64,000 nucleotides of DNA from Candidatus Eiseniibacteriota bacterium (GTDB taxonomy: Bacteria; Eisenbacteria; RBG-16-71-46), in contig CAVUWA010000009.1 of NCBI GenBank assembly GCA_963744995.1, forward strand, positions 320,001 to 384,000. The letters are read 5' to 3'. This document shows, piece by piece, positions 51,464-61,682 of this stretch. Numbering within the stretch: position 1 is the stretch's first letter; each line of letters starts with the position of its first letter. The position numbers and the translations under genes were made by a program. The notes beneath the pieces are model-generated. The model was given only the letters and a program-made list of their open reading frames with translations. It was not told where the DNA came from and did not search any database.

Positions 51464-52213
51464 ATGCCCATCCCGTTCGCTCTGGTCCCGGACCCGGCGC
51501 CGTGCGCGGTCGCCGGCAGCGGACCGCCTCCGCCGCAGCGCGGCCGTGAGAGCCGCCTCTTCCACGCCTCCGCACTCGCCTCGGCGCTCGCCCTTCTCGC
51601 GTACGGGCTGTTCGCGGCGGCGTGGCCGCTGCTGGTACCGGCGCTCGCCCCGAAGGTGGTGGACATCCCGTATCCGGCGCCGCACGCACCGTTGCCCCCG
51701 CTCGAACAGCCCCGCGCCCAGGGCCGTGAACCCGCGCCGTCACCGCCCCCGGAAACGGCCCCGCCCGAGCCGCACCCCCGGCCGGTCGATCGCGGTGTGG
51801 TGATCCCGGTGGTCGAGCCCGACGCGCCTGCACCGGCGCCCGCGGGCGAGGCGGGCGGGGCCACGACGAAGCCTGTGGCCGGGCCCGCGGGTGCTCCGGC
51901 GGGAGCCGCCCGGGAGTCCGAAGCGGCGAACGACATCGTCACCTACTGGGAGCAGGCGCCCGAGGTGGTGCGCGCGGTGAAGCCCGACTATCCACAGATC
52001 GCGCAGGACGCCGGCGTGTCCGGCACCGTCCTGCTGCAGGTGCTGGTCGGCCGCGACGGGCGGGTCGAGGACGTGAAGGTGGTGCGCTCGATTCCGCTCC
52101 TGGACGGCGCGGCGGCCGAGGCCGCCCGGCGCTGGCGGTTCAGGCCCGCCCTGGTCTCGGGCCGGCCGGTGCGCGTGTGGGTGGCCCTGCCGGTTCGTTT
52201 CAACCTGCACTGA
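51464..52213 (+). CDS. Second TonB-family protein
   Basis: TM, Pro/Ala linker, C-domain YPQIAQDAGVSGTV...PVRFNLH similar to the upstream TonB. Confidence 0.85.
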   Translation: MPIPFALVPDPAPCAVAGSGPPPPQRGRESRLFHASALASALALLAYGLFAAAWPLLVPALAPKVVDIPYPAPHAPLPPLEQPRAQGREPAPSPPPETAPPEPHPRPVDRGVVIPVVEPDAPAPAPAGEAGGATTKPVAGPAGAPAGAARESEAANDIVTYWEQAPEVVRAVKPDYPQIAQDAGVSGTVLLQVLVGRDGRVEDVKVVRSIPLLDGAAAEAARRWRFRPALVSGRPVRVWVALPVRFNLH

Positions 52214-52317
52214 GCAGGCGGGCCCCGCGGCTCGCGGGCGGTCCCGTTCGCGGCCGGCGGCGGGCGCCCCCGGCGGGCCGCGCCGGGGGGGCATCTGCCG
52301 CGCCCGTGGGCGCGCGT

Positions 52318-52347
52318 TTGACCGCCGTTTCCCCGCCTCTCTACCCT
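52318..52347 (+). promoter_or_regulatory. Putative sigma70 promoter for the Yip1 gene
   Basis: TTGACC, 18 bp, TACCCT. Confidence 0.45.
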
Positions 52348-52395
52348 GCGGTGGAGTCTGTTCGTCTGCCGCATGAAGAAGACCGGGAGGAGCCC

Positions 52396-53163
52396 ATGTC
52401 CGACGTCCCCGAAACCCCCGAGGCGATCGAGCCGGCCGCGGCCGAGGCGCCGCCGCTCTCGCTGATGGAACGCACCGTGGCCGTGTTCACCCGGCCCGCC
52501 AGCGCCTGGGGCGGGCTCGAAAAGCGTGCGCAGTGGTGGTTCCCGATGCTGGTCGTCGTGGTGGTCTCCATCGCGGTCGGTCTCGCGCTGCATCAGCGCG
52601 CGCTGATCCCGATGATGAGCGAAGCCTGGGAGCAGCAGGTCGCCGACGGGCGCATGACGACGCAGCAGGTCGATCGAATGGTGGAATTCATGTCGGGCCC
52701 TGCCGGCACCGCGATCACCGTGGGGCAGCAGGTCATCGCCGTGCCGCTGGTCCTGCTGTTCATGGCTCTGGTGATCTGGTTCGGTGCGGGTTTCGTGCTC
52801 GGAACCGGGCTCAAGTTCCGCCTCGCGCTCGAGGTGGCGGCATGGGCGGATCTGATCACGATTCCAGCCATCCTGATCAGCGCGGTGATCGGGTGGATGC
52901 GGGAGACCATGCGGGGCGTGCACGTGGGCTTCGGCGCCCTGCTGCCGGTGATGGACGAGCCCACCAAGCTGGGCGTCGCGTTACGCAGCTTCCTGGATGC
53001 GCTGGGACCCCTTTCGATCTGGTTCGTCGCGGTGGCCATCCTCGGCGCGAGCGCCGTGTCCGGCGCCCGGCGCAAGTCGGTGGCGTGGGTGCTGGGCGTG
53101 CTCTACCTTGCGATCGCCCTGTTCATGTCCGCGATGGCCGCGCTGTTCGCGCCGGGGACCTGA
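52396..53163 (+). CDS. Yip1-domain membrane protein (YknW-like)
   Basis: VFT.P...W..L....WW.P N-terminus, ~5 TM, P..IW; upstream of a MacAB-type exporter; GGAGG RBS. Confidence 0.75.
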   Translation: MSDVPETPEAIEPAAAEAPPLSLMERTVAVFTRPASAWGGLEKRAQWWFPMLVVVVVSIAVGLALHQRALIPMMSEAWEQQVADGRMTTQQVDRMVEFMSGPAGTAITVGQQVIAVPLVLLFMALVIWFGAGFVLGTGLKFRLALEVAAWADLITIPAILISAVIGWMRETMRGVHVGFGALLPVMDEPTKLGVALRSFLDALGPLSIWFVAVAILGASAVSGARRKSVAWVLGVLYLAIALFMSAMAALFAPGT

Positions 53164-53170
53164 TCGGCCC

Positions 53171-53197
53171 TGCAACACTTCGGGGCGTCAACCGTAA
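53171..53197 (+). promoter_or_regulatory. Putative ECF-sigma promoter
   Basis: TGCAAC, 16 bp, CGTAA. Confidence 0.5.
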
Positions 53198-53252
53198 GAA
53201 CAATCATGCACGCGTCCGGGGACGGTCCACGGGCGCTCTGACGGAGGGATTC

Positions 53253-54620
53253 ATGAGCGGTTTGGGGCAGAGGGCGCGCTCGCTTGCGCTCGTGGCAGTC
53301 ACGATGGTCTGGGCCGGCGTCGCCTCAGGGCAGACCCTTTCGGTCGACGAGGCGGTACGGATGGCGCTCGAGCACAACGTGGGCATCGTGGGCGCGAAGG
53401 CATCGCTCGACGAGGCGCGCAGCTCGCAGTACTCGGCGCTGGCCGGCGTGCTTCCGAACGTGTCGCTGAACGCCACACGGTCGGGATCCTGGGACAACGG
53501 AGCGACCTCCACGCGCCCGTTCTTCATCAACGGCAGCGTGGTCAATTCGACGACGCCCAAGAGTGACAACGAGTCGTACTCGACCGACCCCACGTTCAAT
53601 GCGAGCTGGCAGGTGCTGAATCTCGCCAGCCTCACGGGCGTCACGGCGTCGCGGACCGGTGTGCGCGCGGCGCAGGACCGCCTGCAGGCGACGCGCAACG
53701 ACGTGTCCTACGAGACGCGACAGAAATATTACGAGGTCGTGCGTGCGGTGCGGACGGCGGACGTGAACGCCAATGCGCTGAGTCTCGCCCGCGACGAGGA
53801 GCGTCGCGTGCGCGCCATGTTCGAAGTCGGCTCGGTGTCGAAGAGCGACCTGCTGCAGGCGCAGGTCCGCACGGCGCAGAGCGAGCTCGATTCACTGGTG
53901 AGCCGCAACGCCGTGCTGTCGAAGCGCATTGCGCTGGCCGACCAGCTGGGCCTGTCCGAGGCGGAGATGGCCCGGGTGGACACCAGCCTCACCACGACCG
54001 CGCAGACGTACGATACGGCGCAGATCATGGAGGAGGCGGCCCGCAACCGTCCGGATCTGGCCGCGGCCCGGGCCGAGAGCAACGCGGCGAAGGCCAGCCT
54101 GCGGGCGGCCAATTTCCGGCGCCTGCCGTACCTCTCACTGGGCGGCAGCGCGACCTTCAATCCCAGAACCAGCAGCGTCTCGACGTTCAGCGATACGGCG
54201 CTGTCGCTGGCCTCGTCGAGCAAGAGCGACAGCCGCTATTCGGCGAGCGTCAGCGTCAACTGGAACATCTTCGACGGCCTGGCGACCGACGCGGCGATCG
54301 CCTCGGCACGCGCGCGGAAGATGCGGGCCGAGAGCGCGTACCAGCAGCTACAGCGCAACCTCGAAGCCGAGGTGCGCCAGGTTCTGCTCGCCTACCGCGA
54401 AGCCACCGAAGGGCTGCGGGTCGCCATTCGCGCGCTGGAATCCGCGGAGGAGAGCCACAAGCTGATCCAGCAGAAGTACAACGTCGGATCGGCCACGATT
54501 CTCGAACTCATCAACGCCCAGGTTCAGCTGCAGCGCGCAGCCAACGACGAGGTGTCCGCGCGCGCCTCGATCAAGGTCGCCGAGGCGGCCGTCGCGCGCG
54601 TGCGTGGCGTGAGCGAATGA
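53253..54620 (+). CDS. TolC-family outer membrane efflux protein
   Basis: Signal peptide, LS..EA...AL..N, two OEP repeats, Y.VG..T.LE. Confidence 0.9.
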   Translation: MSGLGQRARSLALVAVTMVWAGVASGQTLSVDEAVRMALEHNVGIVGAKASLDEARSSQYSALAGVLPNVSLNATRSGSWDNGATSTRPFFINGSVVNSTTPKSDNESYSTDPTFNASWQVLNLASLTGVTASRTGVRAAQDRLQATRNDVSYETRQKYYEVVRAVRTADVNANALSLARDEERRVRAMFEVGSVSKSDLLQAQVRTAQSELDSLVSRNAVLSKRIALADQLGLSEAEMARVDTSLTTTAQTYDTAQIMEEAARNRPDLAAARAESNAAKASLRAANFRRLPYLSLGGSATFNPRTSSVSTFSDTALSLASSSKSDSRYSASVSVNWNIFDGLATDAAIASARARKMRAESAYQQLQRNLEAEVRQVLLAYREATEGLRVAIRALESAEESHKLIQQKYNVGSATILELINAQVQLQRAANDEVSARASIKVAEAAVARVRGVSE

Positions 54621-54645
54621 CGCGCGACAGGAAGCCGGGGCGCCC

Positions 54646-55923
54646 ATGAAGAAGAAGACCCTGCTGTTCGTCGTTCTCGGCGTGGTGCTGGTGGCGGTCG
54701 TGATCGTCGCCAACGTCATACGGGGCGCCGGCGGCAAGACCACCAGCGTCCAGCTCGCCGCGGTCAAACGTCAGGACATCACCGCCCGGGTACGCGCCCC
54801 CGGCAAGATCGAGCCGCGCACCCAGGTGAAGATCAGCGCCGACGTCGCCGGCAAGGTCGTGCACCTCGCCGTCAAGGAAGGCGACACGGTCAAGCGCGGC
54901 GACCTGATGCTGCAGCTCGACGACACCCAGTACCGCACCGCGTTCGATCAGGCGAAGGCGGCGGTGGCGTCGGCTGAAGCGCGTCTGCGCGAGGCGGAGG
55001 CCGCGCTCAAGGTGGCGGAGACGAACTACGAGCGCCAGAAGTCGCTGTTCGACGAGAAACTGCTCTCGCAGGCGGAGTGGGACCAGGCGACGACCACGAT
55101 CGAGTCGGCGCGGGTGGCGGCGCTCACCGCACGCGAGGAAGTGACCCGTTCACGGGCCGCGCGCGACGCCGCGGCCGACCATCTGAGCAAGTGCCGCTTC
55201 GTGGCCCCGTTCGATGGCGTGGTGAGCGCGCTGTACGTCGAAGAAGGCGAGATCGTGGTGATCGGCACGATGAACAACCCGGGCACGCAGATCCTCACCG
55301 TGTCGGACCTCTCGCGGATGCTGGTCAAGGCCGACGTCGACGAGACCGACGTCGTCGACGTGCGGCTCGGCCAGAAGGCCACGATCACGGTGGATGCGCT
55401 GCCGGACACGACGTTCCAGGGCACGGTGGAGGAGATCGCCAACACCGCCAAGCTCAGCGCGACGTCCGCCGTCGAGGGGCAGACGAACTTCGAGGTCAAG
55501 GTGGTGTTCGACCACACGGTGCCGGAGATCCGCCCCGGGATGACGGCCGACGTGGAGATCGAGACCGCCACGCACAAGGACGCCCTCGGCGTGCCGATCC
55601 AGGCGGTCGTGGTGCGCACCCCGCGCGAGCTGGAGAAGGCCGCCAGGAAGCCGCGCGGCCGGCGCAAGGCGACCGACGCGGATGTCGCTTCGGCCGACTC
55701 GGCGGAGGCGAAGAAGGACGAGGAGATGACGGGGATCTTCGTGGACCGGGACGGGGAGGTGCGCTTCGTGCCCGTCCGCACGGGGCTCGCCAGCGAGACC
55801 ACGATCGAGGTCTTCGGCGACGTCAAGGAAGGCGATCAGGTGGTGTCAGGCCCCTATAAGGCCCTGCGGGAACTCAAGCCGGGAGCGAAGGTCAAGGCCT
55901 CCGGGAAGCGTTCGGGGAACTGA
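54646..55923 (+). CDS. MacA-like periplasmic adaptor (MFP)
   Basis: TM, G.I.P...V.IS, V.EGD.V, APFDG.V, RPGMTA. Confidence 0.92.
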   Translation: MKKKTLLFVVLGVVLVAVVIVANVIRGAGGKTTSVQLAAVKRQDITARVRAPGKIEPRTQVKISADVAGKVVHLAVKEGDTVKRGDLMLQLDDTQYRTAFDQAKAAVASAEARLREAEAALKVAETNYERQKSLFDEKLLSQAEWDQATTTIESARVAALTAREEVTRSRAARDAAADHLSKCRFVAPFDGVVSALYVEEGEIVVIGTMNNPGTQILTVSDLSRMLVKADVDETDVVDVRLGQKATITVDALPDTTFQGTVEEIANTAKLSATSAVEGQTNFEVKVVFDHTVPEIRPGMTADVEIETATHKDALGVPIQAVVVRTPRELEKAARKPRGRRKATDADVASADSAEAKKDEEMTGIFVDRDGEVRFVPVRTGLASETTIEVFGDVKEGDQVVSGPYKALRELKPGAKVKASGKRSGN

Positions 55924-55929
55924 ACGTCC

Positions 55930-56634
55930 ATGCTCATCCAGATCCGGAATCTGAACCGCCACTACGAAGTGGGCAGCGAAAAGGTGCACGCCCTCGACGG
56001 CGTCGATCTCGACATCGAAGCCAACGAGTACGTTGCGATCATGGGGCCCTCCGGCTCCGGCAAGTCGACGCTGATGAACATCCTCGGCTGTCTCGATACG
56101 CCCACGTCCGGCTCCTACTCGCTCAAGGGCCGTGAAATCGGGCGCATGAGCGACGACGAACTGGCGCGGATCCGCAATCAGGAGATCGGCTTCGTGTTCC
56201 AGACGTTCAACCTGCTGCCGCGCGCCGACGCGCTGCACAACGTGGAATTGCCGCTGGTCTATGCGGGCATTCGCCACGAGGAGCGGCGCAAGCGGGCGAA
56301 GGAGGCGCTCGATCTGGTCGGGCTGGGCGACCGCATGAAGCACCGCCCGAACGAGCTCTCCGGCGGGCAGCGCCAGCGTGTCGCCATCGCCCGGGCGCTG
56401 GTGAACCACCCCAGCATCATCCTGGCCGACGAGCCGACCGGCAATCTCGACACGGCGACCGGTGTCGAAATCATGACGGCGTTCGAGCGCATCTGGAAGG
56501 CGGGCAACACGGTCATCCTGGTGACCCACGAGGCCGACATTGCCCGCCACGCCCGCCGGGCCGTCCGCATGCGCGACGGCAAGATCGAGAGCGACGAGTC
56601 CACCGTATCCCCGGCCGCTGCGCCGGCGCCGTGA
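55930..56634 (+). CDS. MacB/LolD-family ABC ATPase
   Basis: [37 protein letters not shown]. Confidence 0.94.
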   Translation: MLIQIRNLNRHYEVGSEKVHALDGVDLDIEANEYVAIMGPSGSGKSTLMNILGCLDTPTSGSYSLKGREIGRMSDDELARIRNQEIGFVFQTFNLLPRADALHNVELPLVYAGIRHEERRKRAKEALDLVGLGDRMKHRPNELSGGQRQRVAIARALVNHPSIILADEPTGNLDTATGVEIMTAFERIWKAGNTVILVTHEADIARHARRAVRMRDGKIESDESTVSPAAAPAP

Positions 56635-57848
56635 ACCTGCGCGAGAGTTCCGGCATCGCGCTCGGAGCGATCCGGGCGAACAAGCTCCGCTCGTTCCTGA
56701 CGCTGCTCGGCACCATCATCGGCGTGGCGTCGGTGATCGCCGTGGTGAGCTTCGTCGAGGGCCTGAACCGCTATGTGACGGACAAGCTCCTCAACGCGGG
56801 CGCCAACGTGTTCGTGGTCGACAAGTACGGTTTCATCACGACGCAGGAGGCCTACGAGGACGCCATGAAGCGCCCCGACGTGCGCCTCGCGGACGCCGAG
56901 GCCATCGCCCGCGGCGTCGAGCACGCCTCGCTCGTGGTGGCGCAGGCAGGCACCCGCGCGCAACTGCGCTACCGCGAGAAGAAGATGGACGGCATCGCGG
57001 TGCGCGGCCGCGGGCCGGGCTACGAGGTTCTCGACGACCTCACGCTGCAGTCGGGACGCCACCTGGTCGAGAACGACGACGCGCGCCGCCGGCTGGTATG
57101 CGTCATCGGCAGCGAGGTCGCGGAGGAGCTGTTTCCGCACGTGGACCCGCTCGGCAAGGTGCTCCGCGCGGGACGGCAGAGCTTCGAGGTGGTCGGGGTG
57201 ATCGCGCCGAAGGGCAAGCTGCTCGGCCAGAGCCAGGACCGCTTCATCGCGATTCCGATTCGCACCTTCCTCAAGTTCAACGGCACGCGCAGCTCGATCG
57301 AGATCGCGGTCAAGAGCGTGGACGCGGCGTCGATCGATCTGGCCCAGGGCGAGGCGCGCGCGGTGATGCGCGGCCGTCACCACCTGACGCCGGGCAAGGA
57401 GGACGACTTCGGCATCACCACCTCCGACACCTACCTCGACCTGTATCGCAATCTCACCGGCGGAATCTTCGTCGTCACGATCGGCGTGGCGGCGATCGCG
57501 ATGCTGGTCGGCGGCATCGTGATCATGAACATCATGCTGGTGTCGGTCACCGAGCGGACCCGGGAGATCGGCGTACGCAAGGCCCTCGGTGCACGGCGCC
57601 GCGACATCCTCACGCAGTTCCTGGTCGAATCCACCACGCTTTCGCTGACCGGCGGCGCAATCGGCGTCGTGCTGGGCGTCTCGCTGGCGCTGCTGGTGGG
57701 GGCGGTGAGCCCGCTGCCGGCCGCGGTGCACGTGCCCGCGGTCATTCTCGGCATCCTGATGTCCACCCTGATCGGCGTGTTCTTCGGTTCGTACCCCGCG
57801 GCGCGGGCCGCGCGGCTCGACCCCGTGGACGCGCTGCGCTACGAGTGA
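56631..57848 (+). CDS. MacB/FtsX-family ABC permease A1
   Basis: [27 protein letters not shown], ends ALRYE. Confidence 0.92.
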   Translation: MNLRESSGIALGAIRANKLRSFLTLLGTIIGVASVIAVVSFVEGLNRYVTDKLLNAGANVFVVDKYGFITTQEAYEDAMKRPDVRLADAEAIARGVEHASLVVAQAGTRAQLRYREKKMDGIAVRGRGPGYEVLDDLTLQSGRHLVENDDARRRLVCVIGSEVAEELFPHVDPLGKVLRAGRQSFEVVGVIAPKGKLLGQSQDRFIAIPIRTFLKFNGTRSSIEIAVKSVDAASIDLAQGEARAVMRGRHHLTPGKEDDFGITTSDTYLDLYRNLTGGIFVVTIGVAAIAMLVGGIVIMNIMLVSVTERTREIGVRKALGARRRDILTQFLVESTTLSLTGGAIGVVLGVSLALLVGAVSPLPAAVHVPAVILGILMSTLIGVFFGSYPAARAARLDPVDALRYE

Positions 57849-57851
57849 CCC

Positions 57852-59123
57852 GTGAACGCCTTCGAACGAGCGTTCGAGCTGCTGCGGATGTCGAGCCACG
57901 CGCTGGTCGCCAACCGGCTGCGCTCGCTGCTGGCGCTGCTCGGGATCGTCATCGGAGTGGGCACCGTCATCGGTATGGTGGCGCTCATCAACGGCTTCCA
58001 GCGCTCGTTTCAGACCAGCATCCAGTCGCTCGGGAACAACACGATCTACATCCGCCGCATCCGCCCCGGGATCATCATCAACGGCCAGATGCCCGACAGC
58101 CTGAAGCAGCGCAAGGCGTTCACGATGGACGACGCCGCGGCGATTCTCGCGGCGTCGCCGGCGGTCCGGACGGTGGCGCCGTTCAAGTACCCGTACGACG
58201 ACCTCAAGCTCAGCCGGCGCGAGAAGCGCACGCGCACCACCTTCGTGTACGGCACCAACCAGGACTACCTCGTCGCGCACGGCTACGACCTGGCGCGCGG
58301 ACGCTTCTTCACCGCGGAGGAAGTGGCGCGGCGGGCCAACGTCGTGGTGCTTGGCAGCGACACGCGCGAAGCGCTGTTCGGGGGAGCGAGCGGGCTTGGC
58401 CGCACCGTGCACATCGGCACGGTGCCGTTCACGGTGATCGGCGAGTTCGAGCGCAAGGGCAAGTTCCTCGGGAACAACTTCGACGAGGTGGCCACGGTGC
58501 CGTTCACGGTGATCGACAAGTACTGGCAGGCGCCTCTCAACGCGCCGCCGTGGTTCCCGGGCCGCGGCGAGCTGTTCCTCGACGCCGTGGCGATGTCCCC
58601 CGAGCTGACCGCGGAGGCGGAGCGCCAGATCACCGAAGCCCTGCGGGTGCGCCGCAACCTGCCCAACCACAAGAACAACGACTTCGCGATCTTCACCGAC
58701 GACGCGTTCCTGAGCCTCTACCAGCAGGTGACCGGCGGCATCGTGCTGCTGATGACGCTGATCTCGTCGATCGCGCTGGTGGTGGGCGGCATCGGCGTGA
58801 TGAACATCATGCTGGTCGCGGTCACTGAGCGGACCCGCGAGATCGGCGTGCGCAAGGCGCTGGGGGCGCGACGTGTCGAGATCCTCGCTCAGTTCCTGGT
58901 CGAGGCGGTGCTGCTCACCGCGATGGGCGGCCTGATCGGCATCCTGCTCGGCGCGGGGATCTCGGGGCTGGTGCGGCTGGTGAGCCCGCTGCCGACCTAC
59001 GTTTCGGCATGGTCCGTGGTGCTGGGTCTGATGTTCTCGGCGGTGGTCGGCGTGTTCTTCGGCCTCTATCCGGCGATGCGCGCCTCGCGACTGGATCCGG
59101 TCGACTCGCTGCGCTGGGAGTGA
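57852..59123 (+). CDS. MacB/FtsX-family ABC permease B1
   Basis: [21 protein letters not shown], ends SLRWE. Confidence 0.92.
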   Translation: MNAFERAFELLRMSSHALVANRLRSLLALLGIVIGVGTVIGMVALINGFQRSFQTSIQSLGNNTIYIRRIRPGIIINGQMPDSLKQRKAFTMDDAAAILAASPAVRTVAPFKYPYDDLKLSRREKRTRTTFVYGTNQDYLVAHGYDLARGRFFTAEEVARRANVVVLGSDTREALFGGASGLGRTVHIGTVPFTVIGEFERKGKFLGNNFDEVATVPFTVIDKYWQAPLNAPPWFPGRGELFLDAVAMSPELTAEAERQITEALRVRRNLPNHKNNDFAIFTDDAFLSLYQQVTGGIVLLMTLISSIALVVGGIGVMNIMLVAVTERTREIGVRKALGARRVEILAQFLVEAVLLTAMGGLIGILLGAGISGLVRLVSPLPTYVSAWSVVLGLMFSAVVGVFFGLYPAMRASRLDPVDSLRWE

Positions 59124-59141
59124 GCGCGGAAGGAGGCACGC

Positions 59142-60362
59142 CTGAACATCCGTGAAAGCGTGGGCATCGCGCTTCATGCGCTGCGTGCGAACAAGATGCG
59201 TTCCTTCCTGACCCTGCTGGGCGTGATCTTCGGCGTGTCCTCGGTGATCGCGGTGATGTCCCTCGTGCAGGGGCTCGATCAGTACGTGGGCCAGCAGCTC
59301 ACCTCTTCGGGATCGAACGTCTTCACCATCGACAAGGTCGGGATTGCCTTCGATCGCGAGAAGATCGACGACATGCTCAAGCGCCGCGACCTGCGCCCGA
59401 GCGACGCCGAGGCCATCGACCGGGCCGCCGAGCACGTGGAAGCGGCGGTGGCGGAGCTCACCGCGTCGTCCACGCTCAAGCGCGGCACCCGCTCGCTGCG
59501 GCAGGTGCCGGTACGCGGCGTGCAGCCCGGCTACATGCTGGTGAGCGATCTCCCGATCGCCCGCGGGCGCCCCCTCAACGAACTCGACGCGCAGACGCGG
59601 GCCCAGGTGTGCGTGATCGGCGACGAGGTCGCGAAGCAGCTGTTCGAAGGCGTCGACCCGCTGGGCCGCGACGTGCGGATCGGCGCCTGGCGGCTGCAGG
59701 TCGTGGGCCTCGGCAAGCACAAGGGGGCTGCCTTCGGTGCCTCGCAGGACATGTACGCGCTGGTGCCGCTGGAGACGTTCCAGAAGATGTTCGGCGGGCG
59801 CAACGAGAGCGTCACGATCACCGTGCGCAGCCTCGGTCAGGACGATTTCAACACGGCCCAGGACGAAGCGCGCGGCATCCTGCGCGCACGCCGCCACGTC
59901 GCCCCGGGGCAGCCGGACGACTTCGAGATCGTCACGCCGAGCATGTACCTGGACCTCTGGCGCAATCTCTCGGGCGCGATCTTCATCGTCATCATCGGTG
60001 TTTCGGTGATCTCGCTGGTGGTGGGCGGTATCGTGATCATGAACATCATGCTGGTCTCGGTCACCGAGCGGACGCGGGAGATCGGGGTGCGCAAGGCGCT
60101 GGGGGCGCGGCGGCGCGACATCCTGTTCCAGTTCCTGATCGAGGCGGTGACGCTGGCGCTGTCCGGCGGCCTGATCGGGCTGCTGCTCGGGATGCTCGGC
60201 AGCGTGCTGATCGGCCTGGTGACGCCGCTGCCGACCTTCGTGAGCCCGCTCGCGGTCGTGCTCGGCATCGGCATGGCCACGCTGGTCGGCGTGTTCTTCG
60301 GCGCCTACCCGGCGGCCCGCGCGGCCCGCCAGGACCCCATCGAGGCATTGCGTTACGAATGA
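59142..60362 (+). CDS. MacB/FtsX-family ABC permease A2
   Basis: Paralog of A1, ends ALRYE; probable CTG start 59142 (otherwise GTG 59160). Confidence 0.9.
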   Translation: MNIRESVGIALHALRANKMRSFLTLLGVIFGVSSVIAVMSLVQGLDQYVGQQLTSSGSNVFTIDKVGIAFDREKIDDMLKRRDLRPSDAEAIDRAAEHVEAAVAELTASSTLKRGTRSLRQVPVRGVQPGYMLVSDLPIARGRPLNELDAQTRAQVCVIGDEVAKQLFEGVDPLGRDVRIGAWRLQVVGLGKHKGAAFGASQDMYALVPLETFQKMFGGRNESVTITVRSLGQDDFNTAQDEARGILRARRHVAPGQPDDFEIVTPSMYLDLWRNLSGAIFIVIIGVSVISLVVGGIVIMNIMLVSVTERTREIGVRKALGARRRDILFQFLIEAVTLALSGGLIGLLLGMLGSVLIGLVTPLPTFVSPLAVVLGIGMATLVGVFFGAYPAARAARQDPIEALRYE

Positions 60363-61636
60363 GCGCACGGGTTCCCATCCGCCGGCTGCTCGGCAGCGTG
60401 CTCGCGATGGCGATGACCTCGCTGCGCGCCCACCGCATGCGCTCGCTGCTCACCACGCTCGGGGTCGTGATCGGCGTCGGCACGGTGGTGGCGATGGCGA
60501 GCATCATCCAGGGATTCAACCGCACCGTGCAGTCGTCGGTATCCTCGTTCGGCTCGCACACGATCTACGTCCGCAAGTTCGCCCCCGGCTTCTTTGCGGG
60601 AGGCTTCCCCGACAGCCTGCGCCACCGCCGCGCCTTCACCCCCGAGGACGCCCGTGCGATCAAGCGGCTGTGCCCGGACGTCAAGGACGTGGCGATCATC
60701 GGCTTCCTCGAGTCGGCGCAACTCACCTACCGCGGGCGCTCGACGCGCCGCACGCAGCTCGTGGGATCGAACCCGGCGATTCAGACGGTGAATGTCTACG
60801 ACCCGTGGATCGGCCGCTTCTTCACCGAGGAGGAGGTGAAGCATCGCGCCCAGGTCGTGGTGGTCGGCAAGGACGTACGCGATGCGCTGTTCACGGGGGA
60901 GCACTTCCTCGGCAAGACCGTGCACCTGAACGGCGTGCCGTTCAGCATCGTCGGCGAGCTGGAGCCGAAGGGCCGTTCCCTGTTCCAGAATCCGGACGAG
61001 TTCATCACGATTCCGTACACGACCCTGGAGAAGTTCTTCCCGCCGCCGGACGACGCCCCGTTCTACGTGCCCGCACGCGGCAGGTACTACCTGAACGTGG
61101 TGGCGGTCGCGCCGGAGCGCACCGGCGCGGCGATCGACGAGATCCGCGAGGTGCTGCGCGTGCGCCGCGGCCTCCGGGCGCGCGACCCGGACAATTTCGC
61201 GGTGTTCACGTCGGACGCGCTGACCGATCTCTACGACCAGCTGACCGGCGCGACCTACGCGGTGATGACGCTGATCTCCTCGATCGCCCTGCTGGTCGGC
61301 GGCATCGGCGTGATGAACATCATGCTCGTGGCGGTCACCGAACGGACGCGCGAGATCGGTCTGCGCAAGGCGCTCGGCGCACCGCGGATCACGATCCTGC
61401 TGCAGTTCCTGATCGAAGCCGCCACGCTCACGGGACTGGGCGGGCTGATCGGCATCGCCGGGGGAGCCGGCGTCGCGCAGATGGTCCGCGCCGTGAGCGC
61501 GCTGCCGGCGTTCACGCCGCTGTGGGCGGTGCTGGTGGCGTTCTTCTTCTCGGTGGTCGTGGGGCTGTTTTTCGGCCTGTATCCGGCGATCCGCGCGGCG
61601 CGACTCGACCCCGTCGAGGCGCTGCGGTGGGAGTGA
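60359..61636 (+). CDS. MacB/FtsX-family ABC permease B2
   Basis: Paralog of B1, ends ALRWE; ATGA overlap. Confidence 0.92.
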   Translation: MSARVPIRRLLGSVLAMAMTSLRAHRMRSLLTTLGVVIGVGTVVAMASIIQGFNRTVQSSVSSFGSHTIYVRKFAPGFFAGGFPDSLRHRRAFTPEDARAIKRLCPDVKDVAIIGFLESAQLTYRGRSTRRTQLVGSNPAIQTVNVYDPWIGRFFTEEEVKHRAQVVVVGKDVRDALFTGEHFLGKTVHLNGVPFSIVGELEPKGRSLFQNPDEFITIPYTTLEKFFPPPDDAPFYVPARGRYYLNVVAVAPERTGAAIDEIREVLRVRRGLRARDPDNFAVFTSDALTDLYDQLTGATYAVMTLISSIALLVGGIGVMNIMLVAVTERTREIGLRKALGAPRITILLQFLIEAATLTGLGGLIGIAGGAGVAQMVRAVSALPAFTPLWAVLVAFFFSVVVGLFFGLYPAIRAARLDPVEALRWE

Positions 61637-61665
61637 GGCGGCGGGGGCGGGCCCCCGCACCCGGG

Positions 61666-61674
61666 TGGTATAGT
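61666..61674 (+). promoter_or_regulatory. Extended -10 element upstream of uvrA
   Basis: TG-G-TATAGT. Confidence 0.45.
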
Positions 61675-61682
61675 CCGCTCTC

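Noticed and set aside
52214..52316. GC-rich hairpins at gene boundaries (also 38909-38923, 43580-43615, 16617-16637) as a REP/MITE family
   Set aside because: No shared primary sequence or target duplications. Best explained as terminators or stabilisers, or as chance in very GC-rich DNA.
56259..60368. 1369-aa minus-strand ORF and many other long antisense or alternate-frame ORFs (e.g. 9778-12762, 19099-21378, 61512-63791)
   Set aside because: Shadows of well-supported sense genes. High GC3 removes stop codons on the opposite strand, and the translations have no recognisable motifs.
57500..61380. Recurrent DNA repeat GGCGGCATCG..ATGAACATCATGCT..GTCACCGAGCGGAC in four places
   Set aside because: Encodes the conserved [18 protein letters not shown] motif of the four paralogous permeases; not a repeat array.
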